Assembly (NCBI GenBank): GCA_029565675.1
Contig: JAKQNP010000046.1
Coordinates: 107,595 to 171,594, forward strand
Reading direction: 5' to 3'
DNA length: 64,000 nucleotides
From: a bacterium
Lineage (GTDB): Bacteria; Zhuqueibacterota; Zhuqueibacteria; Residuimicrobiales; Oceaniaggregativiventaceae
Position numbers and translations under genes: made by a program. Each line of letters starts with the position of its first letter. Positions within the stretch are counted from its first letter, which is position 1. The notes under the pieces were generated by a model, which saw only the letters and a program-made list of their open reading frames with translations, was not told the origin of the DNA and searched no databases. Below are positions 19,586 through 30,100 of this stretch, piece after piece.

Positions 19586-19706
19586 GACAGGTCAAACACC
19601 CGGCCAGGAAACTTCGACATCGCGGGGATTGTGGATTCAAAACAGACTGTCCGCTCGAGTCGCGGACAGTGCAATGATCGCCCGAACATGAATTTGAGGG
19701 ATAGAA

Positions 19707-20990
19707 ATGAATATACTTGTGATCGGCAGCGGCGGACGCGAACACGCATTGGTTTATAAATTGAAGCAAAGCTCGCATGTCGACCGGATTTATTGTGTAC
19801 CCGGCAATGCCGGAATTGCCAAAGATGCGATATGCGCACCGATCAGTCCGCTCGATACCACCGGCTTGATCGACTTTGCCAGGCGCAACCATGTCGATTT
19901 TACAGTCGTCGGCCCCGAAGCGCCTCTGGTCAACGGGGTGATCGACGCTTTCGAGAACAACGGCATGCCGGCCTTTGGTCCCACACGGCTGGCCGCAGAA
20001 CTGGAAGGCAGCAAATGCTTTGCAAAAAATCTGATGCAGAAATACGGCATTCCGACTGCTGACTTTCGCATTTTTGACGATTTTAATCAGGCCAGGCGGT
20101 TCATTGCCAATCATCCCTATCCGCTGGTGATCAAAGCGGACGGTTTAGCCGCTGGCAAGGGCGCCATCGTCTGCCGCGACAAGGCAGCTGCTTTGGCGGC
20201 ACTCAAAAGGTTGCTCATCGATGCGGAATTCGGTCCTGCCGGAGAAAAAGTTGTGGTGGAAGAGTTTCTGCAGGGCGAAGAACTCTCGATCCTGGCGCTT
20301 TCCGACGGTGAACATCTGGCTTGTCTGGCACCCTCTCAGGATCATAAGCAAATCTTCGACGGCGACCGTGGTCCCAATACCGGTGGAATGGGTGCCTATG
20401 CGCCTACGCCGCAGGTCACACCGGAGTTGCTCGAAGATATTCTCCATCGTATTTTGCAGCCAACGGTCAAAGGGATGGCCCTTGAAGGTCGCCCGTTCAA
20501 GGGAGTACTATATGCCGGCTTGATGATGACTGATCAGGGCCCCAAAGTCCTGGAGTACAACTGCCGATTCGGTGACCCGGAAACTCAGGTCGTTTTACCT
20601 TTGGTGGAAGGCGATTTGTTGGAAGCTCTCCTGGCTGCCCATGACGGTCAACTGCATGAGGTCAAGTGGCGGCAAAAAAATGGTGCCGCCGTGTGTGTGG
20701 TCATTGCCTCAGGCGGATATCCCGATAAATATGAAAAAGGCAAGCCCATTTTTGGTTTGGAAACACCCTTGCCGCATAACATACTCATTTTTCACGCCGG
20801 AACACGACAACAAGGCAGTCAGATCGTTACCGAAGGCGGCAGAGTGCTGGGCGTAACCGCATTGGCCGATACGCTGATCGACGCCGTCAATGCGGTTTAC
20901 TCGGCAGTGGGAAAATTGACCTTTGACGGTGCCTATTATCGCCGCGACATCGCAGCCAAGGCCCTGATCCGGGGCAACCGCGGCCGCTGA
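19707..20990 (+). CDS. purD: Phosphoribosylamine-glycine ligase
   Basis: GSGGREHA, VVGPEAPL, KADGLAAGKG, GPNTGGMGAY, RFGDPE, GGRVL. Confidence 0.99.
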   Translation: MNILVIGSGGREHALVYKLKQSSHVDRIYCVPGNAGIAKDAICAPISPLDTTGLIDFARRNHVDFTVVGPEAPLVNGVIDAFENNGMPAFGPTRLAAELEGSKCFAKNLMQKYGIPTADFRIFDDFNQARRFIANHPYPLVIKADGLAAGKGAIVCRDKAAALAALKRLLIDAEFGPAGEKVVVEEFLQGEELSILALSDGEHLACLAPSQDHKQIFDGDRGPNTGGMGAYAPTPQVTPELLEDILHRILQPTVKGMALEGRPFKGVLYAGLMMTDQGPKVLEYNCRFGDPETQVVLPLVEGDLLEALLAAHDGQLHEVKWRQKNGAAVCVVIASGGYPDKYEKGKPIFGLETPLPHNILIFHAGTRQQGSQIVTEGGRVLGVTALADTLIDAVNAVYSAVGKLTFDGAYYRRDIAAKALIRGNRGR

Positions 20991-21147
20991 TCCGGCGATG
21001 TAAGGATTTATATTTTAAGGCTCGTCGCTTTGGGCTGCATCGTCAGTCTGCGAGTTTGCGCGGATTTGGCGATAAAACGACAGATCTCATGATTCTTTGC
21101 CTTTCAAGTACCAGTTGATTTGACGAAACAATCTAACAGGAGTGGAG

Positions 21148-22071
21148 ATGAAAATACTGGTGACTGGGGGAGCCGGCTTTATCGGCTCCAATTTGGTGGA
21201 CGCCTGTCTGCAGGAGGGGCATCAAGTCTATGTGGTGGACAATTTTTCGACCGGAAGGCGCGAAAACCTTCCTGCCGATGTGCCGGTTTATCCGTTCAAT
21301 ATTCAAGATCCAAAAATGGATGACCTGTTTCGCCAGGAAAAATTCGAGGCAGTGTTTCATGAAGCGGCGCAAATGGACGTCCGCCGGTCAGTACAAGATC
21401 CGATTTTTGACGCCCAGAACAATATTCTGGGAACGATCAATTTGCTGCAGTGTTGTGCGAAATATCATGTTGGCAAGGTTATTTTCGCTTCCTCCGGCGG
21501 TGCGATCTATGGTGAACAGGTGCAATTTCCGGCAACCGAGAGCCATCCTCTGGCGCCCTATAGTCCATATGGCATCACCAAATTGGCCGGTGAAAAATAT
21601 CTCTTTTTCTATGCGCTGAACTATGGGCTGCAATATGTGGCTTTGCGCTATGCCAATGTCTATGGGCCCCGCCAGAATCCGCGCGGCGAAGCAGGAGTGG
21701 TGGCGATTTTTACCCGCATGCTGATCGATGGTGAACAACCCACCATAAACGGCGACGGCGAACAAACGCGCGATTTTGTTTTTGTCAAGGATGTGGTTGC
21801 CGCCAACCTGAAAGCGCTGAAATATGGAAAAAATGGCATGTTTAATATCGGTACCGGCAAAGAATCGACCATCAAGCAAGTTTTTCACCTCCTGGTCGAT
21901 CTGGTTGGCGCCGAGGCAGCAGAGAAATATGGTCCGGCAATGAGCGGCGAACAGTTCCGCAGCCTCATCGATCCCACCCTCGCCGCAAAAGAGTTGGGTT
22001 GGCAGCCGACCACTGACTTGCAGCAGGGCTTGCGAGAAACCGTCGATTTCTTCCGTCTACAAAACGGTTGA
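21148..22071 (+). CDS. NAD-dependent epimerase/dehydratase (UDP-glucose 4-epimerase-like)
   Basis: TGGAGFIG, SSGGAIYG, YGITK (YxxxK), RYANVYGPRQ, QTRDF. Confidence 0.93.
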   Translation: MKILVTGGAGFIGSNLVDACLQEGHQVYVVDNFSTGRRENLPADVPVYPFNIQDPKMDDLFRQEKFEAVFHEAAQMDVRRSVQDPIFDAQNNILGTINLLQCCAKYHVGKVIFASSGGAIYGEQVQFPATESHPLAPYSPYGITKLAGEKYLFFYALNYGLQYVALRYANVYGPRQNPRGEAGVVAIFTRMLIDGEQPTINGDGEQTRDFVFVKDVVAANLKALKYGKNGMFNIGTGKESTIKQVFHLLVDLVGAEAAEKYGPAMSGEQFRSLIDPTLAAKELGWQPTTDLQQGLRETVDFFRLQNG

Positions 22072-22267
22072 TCGAACAAGCTGTTTTATCTAATTTTAAC
22101 AGCTTTAAGTTACAGCACAGATTCTGTGTCAACAGAATCCGCCAAAATCTATTATATTAATTCTATTCACCGGTATCCGGTTGCCGGACACCAGTGAATT
22201 CTGTAACATTTGCAGCAAGAGCCATTTCCATCCGCTTGGTGCAAATACCTTGCTGTGTTTATTGGGA

Positions 22268-22370
22268 ATTCGGTGCTTCGCACCGAATCCGGCACTGTAA
22301 ATTGTCATTTTCGCACCTGTAAAAAGTCTCAAGACCGTGTCTTTTTTAATTCGGTTAACACCGAATCCGG
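22268..22370. repeat. Two copies of the dispersed palindrome upstream of the sigma54-type ATPase
   Basis: ATTCGGTG-CTTCG-CACCGAATCCGG (22268-22292) and ATTCGGTTAACACCGAATCCGG (22349-22370). Confidence 0.75.
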
Positions 22371-22378
22371 AGCACCAG

Positions 22379-23566
22379 ATGGATCCTATACTTAATTCCA
22401 AAATCGGGGTGGAAGAGTGGGAGCGCAAGCAGCAGGAAACCGGAATCTTTGGACAATCGCATGGCATTCGCCAATTGCTCGAGACGATTGAGCAGGTTGG
22501 GCCGACTGAATTGTCGGTATTGATTACCGGCGAAAGCGGCACCGGCAAGGAACTGGTGGCCAAAGCCATCCACAACGCCAGTTCTCGGCAAAACCACACT
22601 TTGGTCAGTGTCAACTGCGGCGCCATTCCCGAAGGCATCATTGAATCGGAATTATTCGGCCATGAAAAAGGTTCCTTCACTGGCGCGGTTGGCGGCCGCA
22701 AGGGATACTTTGAACTAGCTGACCGCGGCAGCATCTTTTTGGACGAAATCGGAGAATTGCCCTTGCCGACCCAGGTTAAATTGCTGCGTGTGCTGGAAGC
22801 GCGTGAATTTATGCGTGTCGGCGGCGTCGAAACGGTGCAGGTCGATGTGCGCTTTATCGCTGCCACCAATAAAGATCTCGAAACCGAGGTGCAGAAGGGC
22901 CATTTTCGCCAAGATCTCTATTATCGCCTGAATGCCCTGCACATCCAGGTGCCGGCGCTGCGCGAACGACCTGAGGATATCCCGATTCTCGTGCAAAAGT
23001 TTGCCATCGATTTTTCCCGCAACCAACATATCGAATTTGAAGGTTTCGCGGAAAATGCCTTTGCGCTGATGCGTTCTTATCACTGGCCGGGCAATATTCG
23101 TGAATTGAAGAATCTGGTTGAAAAAGTGATCGTGCTGGAGAAAGGTCAGCGCATCAGTGCCGACCGGCTGCGTCCTCATTTGCCTATTGCCTCGGTGAGT
23201 TCCCATTTACCTTTGGTCGTCAACAAGTCTAAAGATGAAGTGGAACGCGAGTTTATTTTTCGCATCCTCCTGGAAATCAAGAGCGAGATTGCTCAGCTGC
23301 GGGATATGCTGGCTGCTTCAAATCCCCAGTATTCTGTGCCGGCGTGGCGGGAGTTGGCGCCAATCCCCTTTAACGATGCTACGGCTGAAGCCGAAATCAA
23401 TGCCGGCGAAGGATCGGTGGCCGAGATGGAACGCCAGCTCATCCAGGAAACCTTGATGAAAACCAACGGCAACAAACGACGAGCTGCCCGGCTGCTGGGA
23501 CTGAGTGAACGCACTCTGTATCGCAAAATCAAGCGCTACGGTCTGGGAGGTCTGAATGAGATTTAA
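22379..23566 (+). CDS. Sigma54-interaction AAA+ / Fis-HTH transcriptional regulator without an N-terminal sensory domain
   Basis: GESGTGKE, ELFGHEKGSFTGA, FLDEIGE, FRQDLYYRL, WPGNIREL, AARLLGLSERTLYRK. Start moved to the ATG at 22379 (GGAG RBS). Confidence 0.93.
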   Translation: MDPILNSKIGVEEWERKQQETGIFGQSHGIRQLLETIEQVGPTELSVLITGESGTGKELVAKAIHNASSRQNHTLVSVNCGAIPEGIIESELFGHEKGSFTGAVGGRKGYFELADRGSIFLDEIGELPLPTQVKLLRVLEAREFMRVGGVETVQVDVRFIAATNKDLETEVQKGHFRQDLYYRLNALHIQVPALRERPEDIPILVQKFAIDFSRNQHIEFEGFAENAFALMRSYHWPGNIRELKNLVEKVIVLEKGQRISADRLRPHLPIASVSSHLPLVVNKSKDEVEREFIFRILLEIKSEIAQLRDMLAASNPQYSVPAWRELAPIPFNDATAEAEINAGEGSVAEMERQLIQETLMKTNGNKRRAARLLGLSERTLYRKIKRYGLGGLNEI

Positions 23567-24059
23567 AACCGTATTCTGCTGGGTCATTCTTTTCGGTTTA
23601 TTGCTGCTCTCCAATCAATGTATGTACTATTCTTTTTCCGGATCCATGGCTCCGCATTTGCGGAGCATCGCGATTCCGATGTTCGAAAACCGTACCGCCG
23701 AGTTTGGCATTGCGGAAGAGCTGACCGATTATATTACTCAGGAGTTTACTCAGGATAACACGCTGAAAATTGCCGATGCCGGCGATGCGGATGTGTTGTT
23801 GAACGGGACAATCATCTCAGTTGAAGAGCGTGCAGGAGGTTTTACAGATACCGAACAAGTGCAGGATATGAAAGTCTATCTCACCGTCGCTGTCCGTTGC
23901 ATCGATCAAGTCAAAAAACTAGATTTGTGGGAGCAACGACTGACCCAATGGGGGAGCTTTGAGCCGGGTGGAGGGGTTGAAGACCGAGCCGCCGCTGTCA
24001 CCCAGGCGATCGAGAAGATCAGTCAAGAAATTCTCAATAAAACCGTATCTGGCTGGTAG
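23556..24059 (+). CDS. lptE: LptE-family LPS assembly lipoprotein
   Basis: Signal peptide then C-x-YYSFSG, SIAIPMFENRT, ADVLLNGTI, C-terminal ILNKTVSGW; overlaps the regulator's 3' end. Confidence 0.75.
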   Translation: MRFKTVFCWVILFGLLLLSNQCMYYSFSGSMAPHLRSIAIPMFENRTAEFGIAEELTDYITQEFTQDNTLKIADAGDADVLLNGTIISVEERAGGFTDTEQVQDMKVYLTVAVRCIDQVKKLDLWEQRLTQWGSFEPGGGVEDRAAAVTQAIEKISQEILNKTVSGW

Positions 24060-24111
24060 AGGTCTGTCGGCAAGAAAAATGGTTTGTAAACAATAAATTG
24101 TGGATATTTTA

Positions 24112-24140
24112 TTGGAAAAGTTGTAAATTATCTATATACT
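24112..24140 (+). promoter_or_regulatory. Putative promoter upstream of a ~250-nt leader
   Basis: TTGGAA-N17-TATACT in an AT-rich patch. Confidence 0.5.
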
Positions 24141-24390
24141 ATTTCTGCAAATTGTCCTGTTTTACTGTACTATCTAGCAAGCGCCTGTGGGTGGCAGGCG
24201 TTGGGGTTGTTTCCGAGTTGTTCCGCCTGATTGGTGCATGCGCCATTCGCATCCGTTTGCCAAACAACTGATGGTTTAACTGAGCAGAGCCTGGCATCAC
24301 CAAATTCTGAGTACTGACCACGCCGACTGACGCAAACGGAAGGGCGTTGTAGCTAGCTGGTAAGTGGGGCTTGAAGGAGGAACGATCGTA

Positions 24391-25962
24391 ATGCAAGCAA
24401 ATTACGACGACGATGTTGTATTTTTAGAGAGCCGCTTGAAGGATAATCCCAAATCGATTCTTTTCGCGCGGCTGGCTGATATCTATCTCAAGAGCGATCA
24501 AACCGACAAAGCGATCGCTTTGCTGGAACGCGGTTTGAGCTATCACCCCAACTACGCCAGCGCTCACTTTATTCTGGCAAAATGCTTTTTCAAAAGCGAT
24601 GAATTCGATAAAACCGAACAAAAATTGAAAAAAGTGCTCAGCATCGAGCCGCGATTCCTCACTGCGCATAAGCTGTACGGCGACCTGCTGGCGAAACAGG
24701 GATGGAGAAAGAGCAGCGAAAAATGCTTTAGCCAACTCGCCGCGATAGATCCCTCCTTGGCAAGCCTGGCGCCTGCTCCGGCCAAAATCGAACCGCACGA
24801 AAGTCCAGCCGAGCGATTCTTTGAATCCGATGTCGCAAAAAAAGAACCGGAATTCGAGGTGCCGCCCCTGCCTAAAACACCGGTCGAAAAATTGACTGAA
24901 GAAATTTCGCCGCTGGATATCCCCGCTCCCGCTGAGACCGATACACTCGAGTTCGGCGAACGACAACCGGAAGATAAATCGACTGGTGTCTTGGAACTCG
25001 ATATCGACGATTTCAATCTGGTCGATTCCGAGAACACAACCGATGATGATCAACACCTGGTAGACGATATCAAAACCGCACAGGATATCGATTATCACGG
25101 CGATGAGTTTGAGGATGCCGAAGAGAGGTTTTCCAACATTCTCGACGACATTTTTAGCCCTCAGATCCGCGAAGAAGAGGAGGAGAGATCCCGAGCCGCG
25201 CTTGAACGATTGGACTCCTCAAGATTTTTTGACGAAAAAGACGACACAACGGCTCAATCTTCACCGGCAGAAACCATTTTGTCCCGCCAGCCCGCCCCAG
25301 CATCGGCTCAACGCTCGGACACCGTAAAAACAGCAGACTCGACCCCTCCACCGAACCGCATGCAGCCAAACGTCGACGAGACGCTTGATCTGGATCGCGA
25401 ATTCGTTCAGCGCGCCGCCCGACGTGAAGATGACGATGATTTGCTTTCATTCGACAGCTATCTCTCTGGCATGGAAGAAGAAACCGTTGAATCACCTGAT
25501 CTCGAATCGGCAATGCCGCAGCTCGATCAGGATCTCACAGAGGCCGAACCCGCTCTGGAACCGCTGCAAGTCGAGGATGAACTGGGCGAGCTGGATAATC
25601 TTGTCACAAAAACAGATGCCCCAGAAGATGAACCTTTGAGCGATATCTTCAACGCCTTACAAGAGACTGATGAGATCGTTACAGCTGCTGATCGCTCACC
25701 CGCCGAAAGCTCTCCCCGGTCAACCTTTATCGAGGAAGAGCTCCAGCGCAATGCGGCACCGATATCTGAGTCGGAGTCAAAAGACCGAACCAAAGAAAAA
25801 TTTGTGACTCCAACGTTGGGCGAAATCTACGCGGCCCAGGGTCAGTATGAAAAAGCAATCGATGTTTTTGAAATGCTCTCGAAACGACACCCAGAAAACG
25901 AGTGGTATCAGACCAAATTGCAGCACCTGCGCAAACGTCTCCAGGAAGAAAACGAGCATTGA
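24391..25962 (+). CDS. TPR protein with a long acidic low-complexity linker and a C-terminal TPR
   Basis: N-terminal TPRs (FARLADIY, AHFILAKCF), D/E/P-rich middle, C-terminal FVTPTLGEIYAAQGQYEKAI; AGGAGG RBS before 24391. Confidence 0.85.
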   Translation: MQANYDDDVVFLESRLKDNPKSILFARLADIYLKSDQTDKAIALLERGLSYHPNYASAHFILAKCFFKSDEFDKTEQKLKKVLSIEPRFLTAHKLYGDLLAKQGWRKSSEKCFSQLAAIDPSLASLAPAPAKIEPHESPAERFFESDVAKKEPEFEVPPLPKTPVEKLTEEISPLDIPAPAETDTLEFGERQPEDKSTGVLELDIDDFNLVDSENTTDDDQHLVDDIKTAQDIDYHGDEFEDAEERFSNILDDIFSPQIREEEEERSRAALERLDSSRFFDEKDDTTAQSSPAETILSRQPAPASAQRSDTVKTADSTPPPNRMQPNVDETLDLDREFVQRAARREDDDDLLSFDSYLSGMEEETVESPDLESAMPQLDQDLTEAEPALEPLQVEDELGELDNLVTKTDAPEDEPLSDIFNALQETDEIVTAADRSPAESSPRSTFIEEELQRNAAPISESESKDRTKEKFVTPTLGEIYAAQGQYEKAIDVFEMLSKRHPENEWYQTKLQHLRKRLQEENEH

Positions 25963-26017
25963 TCCGCGCAACAGAGGAGTTTGGCGCCATCGTTTGTCTT
26001 CACCCTCTGTGTGAGCC

Positions 26018-26929
26018 ATGAAAAGATCCGATCCTCATTCATATCCGCAAATAGCGGTGGTGATTGTTACCTTTAACAATTTTCCGATCATCAGCAGTTG
26101 TCTCGCCGCTCTGAAATCCGCATTGCGCAATATTTCAAGTCAAGTCATTGTGGTCGATAACCTGAGCACAGATGGCACCCGGCAATCCTTGCGCAAAGCG
26201 CAGTCTGTACTGGGGGAGAACGTTCCCTTTGACTTGATCTTGAATCCAGAAAACAAAGGCTTTACCCGCGCAATCAATCAAGGACTGCAAAGAGTCAAAG
26301 CCGATTTCGTTCTGCTTCTCAATCCCGATGTTTTGTTGCAGGACGAAACCCTGCCGGTATTGTTCGCCTGTTTCGAACAAAACCGGACCGGCGTGGTCGC
26401 ACCGCAAATGCGCTATCTTCAGGGAGAGGTCCAGGCCTCGTGCCGGCGCTTCCCCCGCCTCAGAGATGTCTTCTATACCGCCGTCGGCTTGAGCCGCCTG
26501 TTTCCCGCCAATGCCGAATTCAACCGATGGAAAATGGGGGATTTTGACCATCGCAGTTCCCGGGTGGTCGATCAGCCCCAGGGCGCTTTCCTGCTCTTCC
26601 CGACAGCAGTTTTGCACAAGGTCGGTCTTTGGGATGAATCGTTCTGGTTGTTTTTCAGCGACGTCGATTGGTGCAGACGGGTTATCGCCAGCGGGATGCA
26701 GATCTATTTCTGTGCCGATACTTTTGTCCTGCATAAAAAAGGCGACAGCATCTATCGCAACCGGCTCTACACTGTTGTTTCATCGCATCGCTCCTTTGTA
26801 CACTATTTTGATAAAACCGTCACCACCTCGATTGAACGGTTTGGCACGAGAATTGTACATTTGTTCTTGTTAACAGTGTGTTGGTGGCGGTTGCTTTTGA
26901 TTTCAATCGCCGTCGACCGAAAGCGCTGA
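26018..26929 (+). CDS. Glycosyltransferase family 2
   Basis: VVIVTFN, VVDNLSTDGT, NKGF, LLNPD, FSDVDWC. Confidence 0.92.
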   Translation: MKRSDPHSYPQIAVVIVTFNNFPIISSCLAALKSALRNISSQVIVVDNLSTDGTRQSLRKAQSVLGENVPFDLILNPENKGFTRAINQGLQRVKADFVLLLNPDVLLQDETLPVLFACFEQNRTGVVAPQMRYLQGEVQASCRRFPRLRDVFYTAVGLSRLFPANAEFNRWKMGDFDHRSSRVVDQPQGAFLLFPTAVLHKVGLWDESFWLFFSDVDWCRRVIASGMQIYFCADTFVLHKKGDSIYRNRLYTVVSSHRSFVHYFDKTVTTSIERFGTRIVHLFLLTVCWWRLLLISIAVDRKR

Positions 26930-27115
26930 CAGCTGCCAGCAAGGACTAATTTAACTCATTATTAAATAAAGCAATAAATTGATTTTCGTAATTCCGGTGT
27001 CGATCGATTGCATAGCATAAAGCAATTGTTTTATTCAACTGGGTCATCGCCGAGACATCCTGAAACGCGGTGATGACATAAATGCACCAATTCGGAACAT
27101 TCGGAAACGATCGCG

Positions 27116-30100
27116 ATGCAGACAGGCGGATTTCCAAAAATCATTTCTTTTCTCTTGCTTTTGCTCGCCTTTGATCCCGGCGCGGCTCAACAAACGCTTC
27201 TTGTGAAATTGAAACAAAAACCGATTACTCTGCAAAAGCAAAACAGCCAGTCCACCGGGATTGCACAAATCGATTTTTACCTCGAGTCTCTTTCAGTGAT
27301 CCGCCTGCAGGCAATTCACTCAACTCTGTCATCACAAACCCTTGCCCAGGCAGATGCCCATGCAGTCGATCGCTGGATCGCCGTCGTCCTGCCCGATACG
27401 GTTGATTTGATGGCCGTTTTATCGCGGTTGCGATCCCTTCCACAAGTGGAAATTGCCGCCGTCAACCGAACGTTCCGCCTGCACAGCCTCACCAATGATC
27501 CTTATCTCTCTTCACAATGGGCTTTGGCCAAAATCGGAGCTTTCGCCGCCTGGGAGGTCCAGCAAGGCAATAAAGATATCCCTGTTGCGGTAATCGACAC
27601 AGGAATTGATTATCTGCATCCGGATTTGTCCGGCACCATGTGGCTCAATGAGCAAGAAGACCTGAACGGCAACGGCCGCCTCGATGCGGAGGATCTCAAT
27701 GGCATCGACGATGACCAAAATGGTTTTATCGACGATGTGTTGGGATGGGATTTTACCGATGCACCCGGTTATCCGGATACCGGCGATTATCTCGGTCGCG
27801 ATAATGATCCAATGGACGAACTCGGACATGGGACTGGCGTCGCCGGGATTATCGCTGCAGTTGCCGACAACGGCATCGGCATCGCCGGAGCGGCGCCAGG
27901 CTGTCGGCTGATGAATCTCCGCAGTTTCACCGCGCGCGGCTTGGGCGAGGAGGATGATACCGCAGCTGCAGTCCTTTATGCGGTGGATAACGGCGCCCGG
28001 GTGATCAATATGAGCTGGGGAGATGAAGTTGTTACGCCGCTGCTGGAGGATGTGTTGAACTATGCGGCAGCAAAAAATGTCGTGTTGGTCGCTTCAGCAG
28101 GAAATTCAGCCACAGACCGCATCCATTATCCCTCTGCCTTTGCATCAACCATCTCCGTCGGCGCTTCAACCCGCACGGATAACCGTGCCGGCTTTTCCAA
28201 TTTTGGTCCGACAATTGATTTGCTCGCTCCGGGGGCTGAAATTCTTTCCACTGGCCTTGCAGCTTCCTACGACTCGACTTTGAATGGCACTTCTTTTGCC
28301 GCCCCATTTGTTTCAGCAGCCGCTGCTCTGTTGCTGTCGCAGGATGCGGACCTCAATGCCCAGGCTGTGCGCGGCATTCTGCAATCCACGGCTGATGACC
28401 TCGGAACAAAAGGCTGGGATCCCTATTTTGGCGCCGGACGGCTGAATGTTGCCCGCGCCCTCGGCGTGGCCAACGCCGCTATCGCTCAAATCAACTGGCC
28501 CGAGATTGACAGCGGCTGGATAGAGGGCCCTTTGGACATTGTTGGTTCCGCTTGGAGTCCAAATCTCGACACTTACACACTGTCCTATGGCGCCGGCGAC
28601 AATCCGACCTCCTGGACCGACATTGTGCCGCCACAGCGCACGATGGTGATCGATGGAATACTGGGGCGTTGGGAAAAATTGCCCTCAGAGGAGGGATCCT
28701 ATCTGCTCCGCCTGGCACTTTACAACCGCGATGGTTCTGAAGTGCAGTCGAGCGTGCGCATCTACATCGATCGAACACCACCCATTGTGAAAAATATCGA
28801 TTTTTTGCCCATGATCGACGGTAATCGCCGTTCGATGCTCATCCAGGTGCAGACAGATGACCTGTGCGAAGGTGTTCTTTTATACCGCCCGGCCGGCAGC
28901 GATCTGCCTTTTCAAGAGAGAAGGTTGCCCTATCGATCAACCGATCTGAGTTTTAACTGGTCGCAGACCGAAATAACCGGCAGTTTTGATGTCAAATTGC
29001 GCCTGGTCAATCGAGTCGGGCTGGCAACTGAAGCAGACCGCGACGGGCAGCTCTATGCCATCGATCTCGACCAGCCACCGATCGATGTGGTTCGCTATAC
29101 CGCCAACCCCTGGCGTTTTCCGTTTTCCTATCTCGCAAATCGGGCGGTCGATTTCGACAACAACGGATTCCCGGAAATCGTGGCCAACACCTACCTCGAC
29201 GGCGCTTTCGATGCGCTGCGGTTTTATGAATTCAATGGTGTCGATGTTTTGCTCAAATCAGTGATCCCAACCAAATTGATTCCCCGCGATCTGCGGCTCG
29301 ACGACCGTGGACGAGGAGCTCTGCTGGCCGGTTATGGATTCGACAGTTTTCTCTATTCTGCGGTCGCCGACGGACAATTGCCTCTGCAAGTGAATCTTCA
29401 CTGGCCAGCCTCTGATGCACAGAATTTTTTGGCCAGCAGATTCATCGATGTCGATAACGACGGCCAGGACGAGTTTCTGATGCGGCTGGTTGAACCGGGT
29501 TCGACTGCCGACAGTGACCGCTTTGTCCTGCTTCGCGCCGAGCAAGCCAATCCGGCTCAAGTTATTTTTGAACTGACAAATCCAACCAGCGGTGAAAATT
29601 ACAACGGCATTCCACATGCCGAGATCGCAGATTTTGATGGCGATGGAAAGCGCGAAATTCTGCTCGGCGACAGCGATGGTGATATTTATATTTTTGAACA
29701 ACAATCGATCCATCAATTTGTCCCCACCTGGTCAGAACGGTTGCCGCTCAGCGATGCCATCGATTTTCTCGCCAGCGGTGATTTCGATGGGGACGGCAAC
29801 ATCGATTTTATCGCCGGTTGCCATTCCGAGGATGGCGAATTCAATTCTGAACACGATTACGATGCACGCCATTGGCTCTTTCGCATCTACAGTGCTGTGG
29901 GCGACAACGACTATGCACCCGTGGATGAATGGCGATTTATGGGCTATGAATCGACCCGCGATTTCCTCAGCGGCGTCTCCTGCGGTGATATCGACGGCGA
30001 CGGGATAGAGGAAATACTGCTCGCCGTTTTTCCAGATTTCTATGTGATCGACTGGAATGCGTCAACGGGCTATGAAATCGTTTTTCACCACACCCCGATC

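Noticed and set aside
19586..19706. Purine or ZTP riboswitch upstream of purD
   Set aside because: Only a 9-bp hairpin (ACTGTCCGC/GCGGACAGT); riboswitch consensus elements not found.
22072..22378. Sigma54 -24/-12 promoter near the bEBP gene
   Set aside because: TGGTGCAAATACCTTGCT has GG-N12-GC spacing rather than the required GG-N10-GC.
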